The notes beneath the pieces were generated by a model. The model had not been told where the DNA came from. It searched no databases and worked only from the letters and a program-made list of their open reading frames with translations. A DNA stretch of 64,000 nt from Chloroflexota bacterium (GTDB lineage Bacteria > Chloroflexota > Dehalococcoidia > DSTF01 > RBG-16-68-14): NCBI GenBank assembly GCA_022565155.1, contig JADFKB010000001.1:17170-81169 (forward strand). The letters are read 5' to 3'. The position numbers were made by a program, and so were the translations under genes. Shown here piece by piece: positions 37,169-51,431 of this stretch. Numbering within the stretch: the stretch's first letter is position 1; each line of letters starts with the position of its first letter.

Positions 37169-39063
37169 GCTTTCAGCGAGAACGCCACGAGCGCCAGCGT
37201 GACGACGCCAATCACCATGCCGAGCGCGTAGTTGGGCAGCTTGCCCGTCTGCTGAAACTTCATCAGGTAGCCGGCGTAGCGCGTCGCGTACGCCGGCCCG
37301 TCGACGCCGGTATCGTTGACCGCGTTGCGATCGAACCAGGCGACCACGCGCGCGATAGACAGCACCACTCGGTCGATCACCGCCTGGTAGAGATCATCCA
37401 GGTAGTACTTGTTCGCCCAGAGGTCGTGGACTGGGCGAAGAAGTGCCAAGCTCCGTGCGGGAACGCTCGGCCGCGCGACCCAGGCGAACCAGGCCGTGGC
37501 GATGCCGAGCGCGACCAGCAGCGTCGATCCGATCCCGACGGCGACATCGAATTCAAAGCTGTGCGCACGTTCCAAGAAGATGATCTCGCCGATGCCTCCC
37601 GGGAAGCCCATCGCCTTCCCCACCTGGTCGAAGACGACGAAACCGGAGACCAGCGTCAGCGCCGCCAACAGAATCAACGGTACTGTCATGAACGGCGACC
37701 CTTCATGGGCGTGCTCGTGCGACTCCGGATCCCGCGGTTCGCCGAAAAACGTGAGGATGAGCACGCGCGTCATGTACATCGCCGTCAGCGGCAGCGTCAC
37801 CAGCACCAGTACGAAGGCGGCGCGGTTGTCCAGCAGGCTGACGAGGATCTCATCCTTCGCCCAGAAGCCGGCCAGGAACGGCAGGCCGGCCATGCTGAGC
37901 GCTCCGATGGCGAACGTGACACCGGTGATCGGCATCTTCGACCAGAGGCCGCCCAGTTGGCTTACGTCCTGGCGCTCTGTCGCGTGGATGACGGAGCCGG
38001 CGCCCAGGAAGAGCAGCGCCTTAAAGAAGGCGTGTGTGAAGAGGTAGACCATGGCGGCGGCGGGCGCGCCGACGCCCAGCGCCACGAACATCAGCCCCAG
38101 GCTGTTGATCGTCGAGTAGGCGATGACGCGCTTGATATCGGTCATCACCAGACCCATCGTCGCCGAGAGAAACACCGTCAGCAGGCCGATGGCCAGCAGC
38201 AGTTCCGGCCCGCCCGCCACCAGTTCGATGAGCGGCAGCATGCGCGTCACCAGGTAAACGCCGGCGACGACCATCGTCGCGGCGTGGATCAGCGCGGAGA
38301 CGGGCGTCGGGCCCTCCATCGCGTCCGGCAGCCAGACGTGGAACGGGAACTGGGCCGACTTGCCCATTGCGCCTAATAACAGCAGCACCACGGACGCCGT
38401 CAGAATCTCCGTCCCGATCTGGCCCGCCTCCGCCGCCGCGATCACCTCCTGGATGTTGAAGGTGCCGGTCTCCCGCCAGAGCAGGATAATCGCGATCAGC
38501 AGGCCGACGTCACCCAGGCGCGTGGTGATGAACGCCTTCTTCGCAGCCTCCGTGGCCGAACGAAGATGGCTGTAATGGCCGATCAGCAGGTACGAGCAGA
38601 TGCCGACCAGCTCCCAGGCGAAGTAGAGCAGCAGAAAGTTGTCGGCGAGCACCAGCGCCAGCATCGACGCGATGAAGAGCGAGATGACGGCGTAGTACCA
38701 GCCGTAGCGCGAGTCACCCTTCATGTAGCCAAGCGAGTAGACCTGCACCATCAGCCCGACAAAGCTGACGACCGCGAGCATCACGATCGTCACGGCATCG
38801 ACGTGGATGCCCAGCCGCAACTCGAGATGGCCGGGCACCTCCAGCCACTGGATGCTGTTCGCTACGCCGGCGAACGCCTCGCCTTGAACGGCCAGCGCGT
38901 CCGTGAAGTCGGCGATGATCAGCAGCGTGAGGACGAAGACTCCGCCGATCGCGCCGACGGCGATCCAGTCGCCGCGCCGGGGCAGGTACGGCCCAAGCAG
39001 CGTCAGCGCGACGAAGGCGGCGGCGGGGAGCAGCGGCAGCAGCCAGGCGTCGGACATGCCCAC
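37165..39063 (-). CDS. nuoL: NADH-quinone oxidoreductase subunit L
   Basis: GKSAQFPFHVWLPDAMEGPTPVSALIHAATMV. Confidence 0.95.
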   Translation of the reverse strand: MGMSDAWLLPLLPAAAFVALTLLGPYLPRRGDWIAVGAIGGVFVLTLLIIADFTDALAVQGEAFAGVANSIQWLEVPGHLELRLGIHVDAVTIVMLAVVSFVGLMVQVYSLGYMKGDSRYGWYYAVISLFIASMLALVLADNFLLLYFAWELVGICSYLLIGHYSHLRSATEAAKKAFITTRLGDVGLLIAIILLWRETGTFNIQEVIAAAEAGQIGTEILTASVVLLLLGAMGKSAQFPFHVWLPDAMEGPTPVSALIHAATMVVAGVYLVTRMLPLIELVAGGPELLLAIGLLTVFLSATMGLVMTDIKRVIAYSTINSLGLMFVALGVGAPAAAMVYLFTHAFFKALLFLGAGSVIHATERQDVSQLGGLWSKMPITGVTFAIGALSMAGLPFLAGFWAKDEILVSLLDNRAAFVLVLVTLPLTAMYMTRVLILTFFGEPRDPESHEHAHEGSPFMTVPLILLAALTLVSGFVVFDQVGKAMGFPGGIGEIIFLERAHSFEFDVAVGIGSTLLVALGIATAWFAWVARPSVPARSLALLRPVHDLWANKYYLDDLYQAVIDRVVLSIARVVAWFDRNAVNDTGVDGPAYATRYAGYLMKFQQTGKLPNYALGMVIGVVTLALVAFSLKA

Positions 39064-39108
39064 TAGGCCGCGCTCCTTACCAGACTACGTGTGAGAACCA
39101 AACTACCC

Positions 39109-39188
39109 GTGGGCCAGGCTTCAGCCCCCGCCTGCCGGCGGGCAGGTGTCGCGACGGGATGGTGTCGTTGTCGGACTGAAGCCCGGCC
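39109..39188. repeat. REPIN-like inverted repeat pair between nuoK and nuoL
   Basis: GGCCAGGCTTCAGCCC ... GGACTGAAGCCCGGCC (14/16 complementary) enclosing CCTGCC-GGCG-GGCAGG. Confidence 0.62.
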
Positions 39189-39217
39189 GGCGTTGGTGCC
39201 GAATAGCGCCACGCTCG

Positions 39218-39544
39218 CTACCATTTCAGGTCGCTCACCTCGTCGACGTTGGCCGTACCGCGGTTGCGATAGACGCGCAGGATGATGGCGAGCGCCAGCC
39301 CCACTTCGGCGGCGGCGACGGTGATGATGAAGATGGCGAAGATCATGCCGGTGAACAGCTCCGGCGAGGCGTAGGCTGCGAACGCGACCATGTTGATGCT
39401 GGCGGCGTTCAGCATCAGCTCGACCGACATCAGAATCAGCACCGCGTTGCGCCGCGTCAGGACGCCGTAGATGCCCAGCGAGAAGAGGATGGCGCTGAGC
39501 GCGAGAAAGTGCTCGAGCGGGATCTGCTGCGTTACCGCTTCCAC
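39218..39544 (-). CDS. nuoK: NADH-quinone oxidoreductase subunit K
   Basis: RRNAVLILMSVELMLNA, VAAAEVGLALAI; GTG start inferred. Confidence 0.93.
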   Translation of the reverse strand: MEAVTQQIPLEHFLALSAILFSLGIYGVLTRRNAVLILMSVELMLNAASINMVAFAAYASPELFTGMIFAIFIITVAAAEVGLALAIILRVYRNRGTANVDEVSDLKW

Positions 39545-39546
39545 GC

Positions 39547-40047
39547 CTACTCTCCCTCCTCTTCGCGCGCGATCACGATCGCGCCCACCAGCGCGACGAA
39601 CAACACCAGCGATGCGATCTCGAACGGGACGGCCCACTGGGTAAAGAGCGCCGCGCCCAGGTCCTCGAAGAGAATGCGGGTGATCGTGCCGTCGGCGTCG
39701 CCCGGCCAGTCGCTCGTCGTCACCGTCACGATCAGCAACCCGCCAAGCAGCATCGAAACGACGACGGCCAGCGGCCACTGGGCGCCGGTCATCGATTCCG
39801 CCACGTCGGTGGTACGGGTGAGCATCAGCGCAAAGAGCAGCAGGACGGTGATGGCGCCGGCGTAGATCAGCACCTGCACCAGCGCCAGGAACTCCGACCC
39901 TAACAGGATGTAGACGCCGGCGACGGCGAGCAGCGCCAGGATCAGGAAGAGCGCCGCGTAGACGGCGTTCCTCGCCAGCACGACGCCCAGCGCGCCCCCG
40001 ACGGCGAGCGCGGCGATCAGGTAGAAGATGATTTGCGCTACGGTCAT
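39547..40047 (-). CDS. nuoJ: NADH-quinone oxidoreductase subunit J
   Basis: QVLIYAGAITVLLLF, PFEIASL. Confidence 0.93.
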   Translation of the reverse strand: MTVAQIIFYLIAALAVGGALGVVLARNAVYAALFLILALLAVAGVYILLGSEFLALVQVLIYAGAITVLLLFALMLTRTTDVAESMTGAQWPLAVVVSMLLGGLLIVTVTTSDWPGDADGTITRILFEDLGAALFTQWAVPFEIASLVLFVALVGAIVIAREEEGE

Positions 40048-40090
40048 GCAGGCAGCTCGATAGCATCCATGCTTGAGGCCCCGCGGGCGG

Positions 40091-40555
40091 TCAATCCGCT
40101 ACCCACTCGTCGATCTTCTCCTGCTTGTGCTGCGCCAGCAGTTGGTCCAGATCGAGCACGAGGTCGTTGCGGTCGAATGTAGACAGCTCGTGTCCGGCCC
40201 AGGTGTTGTTCATCGCGATCGCCTCGAAGTTGCAGACCTCGACGCAGATGTTACAGCGCATGCAGCGCCCGTAATCGATCCAGAACTCGTCGATGATCTT
40301 GCGGCGCGTGCTCTTTTCGTCGGCGTGCAGCGGGTTGTCTTTCATCGTCACGGTCATGCACTCGACGGGACAGGCGCGCTCGCAGGCGTGACAGCCAGTG
40401 CAGAACGGCTCGTCGACTTCCTTATCCCAGAGCAGGATCGGCAAGCCGCGGTCGCGCTGCGGCACCTCCCGGTGGTATGACGGGTAGTTTATCGTCACCG
40501 GCTTGCGCAGCATCGCGCTCATGGTGATGTACATGCTCTTCAGTATGCCTCGCAT
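40091..40555 (-). CDS. nuoI: NADH-quinone oxidoreductase subunit I
   Basis: CTGCHACERACP and CMRCNICVEVC 2x[4Fe-4S] motifs. Confidence 0.92.
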   Translation of the reverse strand: MRGILKSMYITMSAMLRKPVTINYPSYHREVPQRDRGLPILLWDKEVDEPFCTGCHACERACPVECMTVTMKDNPLHADEKSTRRKIIDEFWIDYGRCMRCNICVEVCNFEAIAMNNTWAGHELSTFDRNDLVLDLDQLLAQHKQEKIDEWVAD

Positions 40556-40577
40556 GGAGCACCTCGAATCGTTACTA

Positions 40578-41729
40578 TCACGTGCCTCCGGACTCCGCGC
40601 CGGCCGGCGCTGGCTTCGCCCTGCGGCCCGCCGGCACCAGCCGCAAGGTTCTCGGCTCGACGCGCACGGCGCGATCGATGACGTAGCCGGCCAGCAGCAA
40701 CCCCGCGCCCGAAGTGATCAGCAACATGATGTCCGGCCAATCGTACACGAGCACCAGGCCGTTGAGGAAGATCTGAAGGAACGCCAGTGGAATCAGCACC
40801 TTCCAGCAGTAGCTCATCAGCTGGTCGATACGGAGGCGCGGCATCGCGAAGCGGATCCACATGAAGAGCAGGATCAGGAAGCCGGTCTTGGCGACGATCA
40901 GGACGAGCTGCCACCACAACCCCAGCTCACGGCCCAGTGGCCAGTCCCAACCGCCCAGAAACACTAATGCCCCCAGCATGCTGTAGACGATCAGGCCGGT
41001 GTACGAGGCGAGGAAGAACATCGACCAGCGGATGCCGCTGTACTCGATGAACGGCCCGCCGACGACCTCCGACTCAGCGGTGGGAATATCGAACGGCTGG
41101 CGCTCCAGCTCCGCCAGTGCGGCGACAAAGAAGATGAAGAAGGCGAGCGGCTGCCAGACGAAGAGCGGCACGCGGCCCTGGTAGATGACGATCTCGCTCA
41201 GGCTGAGCGAGCCGACGATCATCGACACGGCGATCAGCGACAGCACCAGGGGAACCTCGTAGCTGATCAGTTGCGCCGCAGCCCGCAGGCCGCCGAGCAG
41301 CGCATACTTGTTGTCCGAGGCCCAACCCGCCATCAGGAAGCCGACGAACGAAAGCCCCGTGACCGCGACGACGAAGAACACGCCCAGGTCCAGGAAGCTG
41401 ACCGCCCAATCGCGGGTGAACGGGAGGGCGACGAGCGCCACGAACACCGGCACGAAGACGGCGAACGGGGCGAGCTCGAAGATCCAGCGGTCGGCGTTGC
41501 GCGGCCGTATGTCCTCCTTGCCGATCAGCTTGACGGCGTCGGCCAGCGTCTGCAGCAGGCCGTAGGGGCCGACGTGCATCGGCCCCAGGCGCATCTGGAT
41601 GCGCGCCGAAACCTTACGCTCCAGCCAGATCAGGGCGAGCGTGCCCACCGTCATCAGCCCGACGATCGCTAACACACCGAGCAGCGCATCCAGCCAGATG
41701 TTTCCCACGTCGTAAGTCAGCGTCAGCAT
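40578..41729 (-). CDS. nuoH: NADH-quinone oxidoreductase subunit H
   Basis: ERKVSARIQMRLGP, GWASDNKY, PFDIPTAESE. Confidence 0.94.
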   Translation of the reverse strand: MLTLTYDVGNIWLDALLGVLAIVGLMTVGTLALIWLERKVSARIQMRLGPMHVGPYGLLQTLADAVKLIGKEDIRPRNADRWIFELAPFAVFVPVFVALVALPFTRDWAVSFLDLGVFFVVAVTGLSFVGFLMAGWASDNKYALLGGLRAAAQLISYEVPLVLSLIAVSMIVGSLSLSEIVIYQGRVPLFVWQPLAFFIFFVAALAELERQPFDIPTAESEVVGGPFIEYSGIRWSMFFLASYTGLIVYSMLGALVFLGGWDWPLGRELGLWWQLVLIVAKTGFLILLFMWIRFAMPRLRIDQLMSYCWKVLIPLAFLQIFLNGLVLVYDWPDIMLLITSGAGLLLAGYVIDRAVRVEPRTLRLVPAGRRAKPAPAGAESGGT

Positions 41730-41742
41730 GCTTGCACCATCA

Positions 41743-42861
41743 TCACCTATCGACGCAGCAGAGAACGATGTCGATAGAGCCAAGAATAGCGACGGCGTCC
41801 GCGACGTAGTTGCCAACGGTCATCTCGCGCAGCGCGGAGAGGTTGCAGAAGGAGGGCGAGCGCATTTTCAGCCGGTAGGGCTTGTCCCCGCCCTTCGAGA
41901 CGAGGTAGATGCCGTACTCGCCGCGCGCGCCCTCGACGGCAGCGTAGACCTCGCCCTCCGGGCCGCGTAGCCTGCGCGGCATCTTCTCCGGCATGATCGG
42001 CCCGTCCGGAAGCTGATCGAGCGCCTGCTCAACGATGCGAATCGACTGGCGCACCTCTTCAATCCGCACCAGGTAGCGGTCGAAGACGTCACCGTGGCGG
42101 CCGACGGGCACGTCGTACTCGAAGCGGTCGTAGATGGAGTAAGGCTTGTCCTTGCGCAGATCCCACGGAACGCCGGCCGCGCGCAGCATCGGGCCGGAGA
42201 GACCCCAATTGATCGCGTCTTCGGCGCTCATGATGCCGATGCCGCGCGAGCGGGCGGCAACAATCTCGTTCTCGGTCATCAGCATATCGATGTCGCGGAG
42301 GCCCTGGAGCGATTTCGGCAGCACCTCTCGTACGCGCTGGACGAAGTTGTCCGGCACGTCCCAGACCAGGCCACCCGGCCGGAAGTAGCCGTACATCATC
42401 CGCTCGCCGGTCGTCTCCTCAAAGATGTCCTGAATGTGCTCGCGCTCGCGGAAGCCGTAAGTGAATGAGGTGCCAAAGTGGCCGAGATCGATGCCGAACG
42501 CGCCCAGGAACATAAAGTGGCTGCTGATCCGGTTCAGCTCGCAGAGGATGACGCGGATGTACTCCGCCCGCTCCGGCACCTCCAGCTCCAGCAGCTTCTC
42601 GACGGCCATGCAGTAGGCCTGCTCGTTCATGAACTGGGTCAGGTAGTCCGTCCGGTCCTGGTAGCCGATGGCCGCGCGGTAGTCCATCGTCTCGGAGAGC
42701 TTCTCGGCGCCGCGATGCATGTAGCCGATATGCGGCTCAACGTCGATCACGCGCTCGCCGTCGATGGTGAGCACCATTCGGAAGACGCCGTGGGTGCTGG
42801 GGTGCTGCGGTCCCATGTTGACGTTGATGTCGACGGTGTCTATCTGCTGCTCTTGTACCAT
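41743..42861 (-). CDS. nuoD: NADH-quinone oxidoreductase subunit D
   Basis: NMGPQHPSTHGVFR, GYMHRGAEK, DRTDY; ends DIVLCCVDR. Confidence 0.94.
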   Translation of the reverse strand: MVQEQQIDTVDINVNMGPQHPSTHGVFRMVLTIDGERVIDVEPHIGYMHRGAEKLSETMDYRAAIGYQDRTDYLTQFMNEQAYCMAVEKLLELEVPERAEYIRVILCELNRISSHFMFLGAFGIDLGHFGTSFTYGFREREHIQDIFEETTGERMMYGYFRPGGLVWDVPDNFVQRVREVLPKSLQGLRDIDMLMTENEIVAARSRGIGIMSAEDAINWGLSGPMLRAAGVPWDLRKDKPYSIYDRFEYDVPVGRHGDVFDRYLVRIEEVRQSIRIVEQALDQLPDGPIMPEKMPRRLRGPEGEVYAAVEGARGEYGIYLVSKGGDKPYRLKMRSPSFCNLSALREMTVGNYVADAVAILGSIDIVLCCVDR

Positions 42862-42865
42862 TGCG

Positions 42866-43291
42866 CTAGAACCCAAACAGGATATTGCAGTCAGCTAGCT
42901 TCCACCCGTCGTCTTCCTTAACGAGCGCTGCGAACTCGTCGGCCTCGCTGCTGAGCGAGCCTTCATCGTCATCGAAGCGATACGTTCCCACCGGCATCGC
43001 CTCCGCCGTAGTCTCCGTCAGGTCGCGGATTTCGACGCCGGTCACGTCGAACTCGACATCTCCGGTTAGCCGCGACTCAAACGAAACGATCGCCCGAAGT
43101 GCTGTGCGTTGCCGATCCTCGCACCTCTCGGAGAGCAGGCCTGCCAGCGCATCTTCGTCGCCATCCTCAAACGCAGCAAAGAAGTCCCGAAACGTGTTCT
43201 CGATTGCGTGCTCGTCGCTTCCGCCGCCGCTACAGGCAACGAGGGCGAGGCCGAGCATCGGGACAACAGCCGCGCGCAGGAGCGGCGTCAC
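42866..43291 (-). CDS. Lipoprotein (NTF2/DUF4878-like) inside the nuo operon
   Basis: GTG overlaps the nuoC TGA; lipobox LVAC; LVKEDDGWKL terminal strand. Confidence 0.75.
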   Translation of the reverse strand: MTPLLRAAVVPMLGLALVACSGGGSDEHAIENTFRDFFAAFEDGDEDALAGLLSERCEDRQRTALRAIVSFESRLTGDVEFDVTGVEIRDLTETTAEAMPVGTYRFDDDEGSLSSEADEFAALVKEDDGWKLADCNILFGF

Positions 43292-43953
43292 CTGGTCATG
43301 CTCCCGCCGGCGCCCTCTTCGGGCAACTGGTCGCCTTGCCACTCCTCGATCTCGGCCAGGGGGTTGTCCTTACGCAGCGGATAGTGGTCGGTCATATCTT
43401 CGGGAAGCAGCAGCGGGACCAGATGCGGATGGCCATCGAACGTGATGCCGAACATGTCCCGCGTCTCTCGCTCGTGCCAGTCCGCGGCGCGCCAGATCGC
43501 CGCGACGGAGGCCACCTTCGCGTCGTCCGTGCCGAGGCGCGTCTTGATCACGACTTCGTGCTTCTTCTCCAGCGAGAGCAGATGGTAGACGACTTCCAGC
43601 CCTTCGTCCTGGTGATCGACGCCGCAGAGGTAGCGCAGGAAGCTAAGGTCCAGCCGCGGATCTTCCTTGGCCACCTTCATCACCTGCGATACGTCGTCTC
43701 GAGCGATCTCGACGATGACGTCGGTCATGCCCTGATAGGCCGTCATCTCGACATCGGGCAGCGCTTCGGCCAGCAGATCGGCGATGCCGCCCGGAGGAGG
43801 CGCCGGCCGCGCGGGATCTTCATCCTCTGGCGGCTTGGCGTCATTCTCTGGCTTCGCCTCGGCCTCCAGCTTCGCTTCGGCCGCCCGCTTGGCGGATGCG
43901 GACGCGTCGCCCGCGCCCTCCGGTTCGCCCTGCGTCTCGTCGTCGGGAACCAT
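43288..43953 (-). CDS. nuoC: NADH-quinone oxidoreductase subunit C
   Basis: ADWHERETRDMFGITFDGHP, YPLRKD. Confidence 0.93.
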   Translation of the reverse strand: MVPDDETQGEPEGAGDASASAKRAAEAKLEAEAKPENDAKPPEDEDPARPAPPPGGIADLLAEALPDVEMTAYQGMTDVIVEIARDDVSQVMKVAKEDPRLDLSFLRYLCGVDHQDEGLEVVYHLLSLEKKHEVVIKTRLGTDDAKVASVAAIWRAADWHERETRDMFGITFDGHPHLVPLLLPEDMTDHYPLRKDNPLAEIEEWQGDQLPEEGAGGSMTR

Positions 43954-44579
43954 TAGCCCTTGCCGCGCTCCTCCATGATCTTATGCTGCAGCGCGATGAA
44001 GCCGTCTATCAGCGCCTCCGGCCTGGGCGGGCAGCCCGGCACGTAGACGTCGACAGGGATGATCTTGTCCACGCCCTGCAAGACGCGATCGTAGCGCGTA
44101 TAGGGCCCGCCGTTGGTGGCGCAGGCGCCCATGGAGATCACCCACTTCGGGTTCGGCATCTGCTCGTAGAGCAGCTTGACCGCAGGCGCCATCTTCTTCG
44201 TGACGGTGCCCGCGATGATCATCACGTCCGACTGCCGGGGCGACGCTTGCGGGAAGATACCAAAGCGGTCGAGATCGTAGTGCGACATGTACGTCGCGAT
44301 CATCTCGATCGCGCAGCAGGCGAGGCCGAACTGCATCGGCCAGAGCGACGACTTGCGCGCCAGCGCCAGCGCCGCGTCCGCCGGGATCTGCAGGATGCCG
44401 GGCAGCGCCTCTCGATAGACGGCCTTGCCGTGATCGACTTCTACGGGCGTCAGCAGCAACTGCTCGCGCTCCCGGCCGGTCTCCGGCCGTTCGGACGGCG
44501 GCACGACGGCGGGAGGCGCATCTTCGACAGGGGTCTGGGCTGGCGCCGCCTCTTCGGTTACTTCCCCGCTCACTTCCAT
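43953..44579 (-). CDS. nuoB: NADH-quinone oxidoreductase subunit B
   Basis: [22 protein letters not shown]. Confidence 0.95.
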   Translation of the reverse strand: MEVSGEVTEEAAPAQTPVEDAPPAVVPPSERPETGREREQLLLTPVEVDHGKAVYREALPGILQIPADAALALARKSSLWPMQFGLACCAIEMIATYMSHYDLDRFGIFPQASPRQSDVMIIAGTVTKKMAPAVKLLYEQMPNPKWVISMGACATNGGPYTRYDRVLQGVDKIIPVDVYVPGCPPRPEALIDGFIALQHKIMEERGKG

Positions 44580-44938
44580 TGGAGCACCCCCTTCTTCCAG
44601 GCGTAGGCGAGTCCGGCGCCTAGAACGACGATGAAGATTACCATCTCATAGAACGCGGCCTTACCCACGTCCAGAAACGTCACTGCCCACGGGAATAGGA
44701 AGACGGCTTCAACATCGAAGATCAGGAACAGAATGGCGAAGAGGTAGTAGCGAATGTGGATCTGGCTACGCGCCGGCCCGGCCGCTGGCAGCATGCCGCA
44801 CTCGTAGGAGATCCTCTTCTGCTTCGAGGTCGAGTAAGGGGCAAGGAGGCGGGAGGTGATGAGCGCGCTAGCAACGAGGATGGAGCCGATGACAGACGCC
44901 AGCAGGACAGCGACGTAGTTGTCCAGCAGCGCTTGCAA
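44570..44938 (-). CDS. nuoA: NADH-quinone oxidoreductase subunit A
   Basis: [19 protein letters not shown]. Confidence 0.94.
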   Translation of the reverse strand: MQALLDNYVAVLLASVIGSILVASALITSRLLAPYSTSKQKRISYECGMLPAAGPARSQIHIRYYLFAILFLIFDVEAVFLFPWAVTFLDVGKAAFYEMVIFIVVLGAGLAYAWKKGVLQWK

Positions 44939-45038
44939 GGTTACCCCCTCCGTGTCGTGCCTCGACCGATTGTGGCAGTATTCACGAGGCTGAGTTTATC
45001 GTAGCAAGGGGTTGCGGCAGCGTCAATTTGCTACAGAT

Positions 45039-47816
<2,778 letters not shown>

Positions 47817-47941
47817 CAGTGCACCTTAGCGAAAACAACGTTCCTGTTCCCCGTTCCGTATCCTGATACAGTTCGACCCCGATTGTTCGGGGCCGCTCAG
47901 CGTTGGGAGCGTTTTGACACGATCGGCGCTATCGCCCCGAA

Positions 47942-48733
47942 TCAACGCGAGTGCGATACTACTTCTCCTTCGACGATGACGCGGTCGTCAATTCTGGGCG
48001 CGGCCAGGTACTGTGCGCGTCTCCGCGACGCGACTTCCAACTCCGACAGTTGGACCAGCGCCTTGCGCGTGTCCGACGCGACGCGGGCCGGATCGCTCTG
48101 GATAACGCGATACTTGAAGAGCCAGTAGGTGAACGCGCGCAGCTCTCCGAACGAGATCTCGACATCGATGGGCGCGTCAAACATCTCGACTTGCTGGCTC
48201 GGCAACTGGTCTGCGCGATACGCCACGAGCAGCTCGTCGCGGCTGCGATTGTAGAGCCGCCTGAAGACCTGCTGATCCAGGCTCTCACCTCTATTCCAGC
48301 CACCGAACGAACGCCAGCGCTTCAACACTTCTTCCTCAGCGGTGAGCTGCAGCGCTTCTTCCACGGCGACACCGTAGAGGAAGTTGAGGTGGGCGCGATG
48401 CTTGCTATCGCCGATCGCCTTCCGGAACTCTTCATCGTCGAGCGGCCGTGGCGGCTTGCCGAAGAAAAGCAGCGCCTCCTTCTCGTCGATCGGGATCGCG
48501 CCGTCGGCGGCGTCGCACAGCCGCTCCGCGAGCAGGAGCCAATCAAACGCCTCACCGCCGATCAGGTACTGGTAGCGGCGGCCGGCCACCTCCTCTTCCG
48601 TCATGTCCCAGTCAGCGATCGCGACCAGCAAGGCGGCGAACCAGTCATTGCTCCCTTTCACTGCCTCACAGAATGCGGTCAGCGCCTCGGGACCTTCAGG
48701 CTTCTTCTTGCGAGTTTTCGTGCGTTGTTGCAT
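47942..48733 (-). CDS. Hypothetical protein between secA and valS
   Basis: 263-aa ORF with protein-like composition (YLIGGEAFDWLLLAERL, HLNFLYGV); ATG 10 nt after the secA stop. Confidence 0.78.
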   Translation of the reverse strand: MQQRTKTRKKKPEGPEALTAFCEAVKGSNDWFAALLVAIADWDMTEEEVAGRRYQYLIGGEAFDWLLLAERLCDAADGAIPIDEKEALLFFGKPPRPLDDEEFRKAIGDSKHRAHLNFLYGVAVEEALQLTAEEEVLKRWRSFGGWNRGESLDQQVFRRLYNRSRDELLVAYRADQLPSQQVEMFDAPIDVEISFGELRAFTYWLFKYRVIQSDPARVASDTRKALVQLSELEVASRRRAQYLAAPRIDDRVIVEGEVVSHSR

Positions 48734-48743
48734 AGCGCTTACC

Positions 48744-51416
<2,673 letters not shown>

Positions 51417-51431
51417 CGTTGCATCGCCGTC

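Noticed and set aside
37084-38376. Long antisense or alternative-frame ORFs (e.g. 37084-38376, 6068-7216, 12723-13856, 47951-49003)
   Set aside because: Shadow ORFs expected opposite high-GC genes; no recognisable motifs, and they overlap well-supported CDS
41743-44579. Group 4 [NiFe]-hydrogenase
   Set aside because: NuoD lacks the N-terminal RxCxxC and the first Cys of DPCxxC; NuoB has the complex I CC motif; nuoA, nuoJ and nuoK are present
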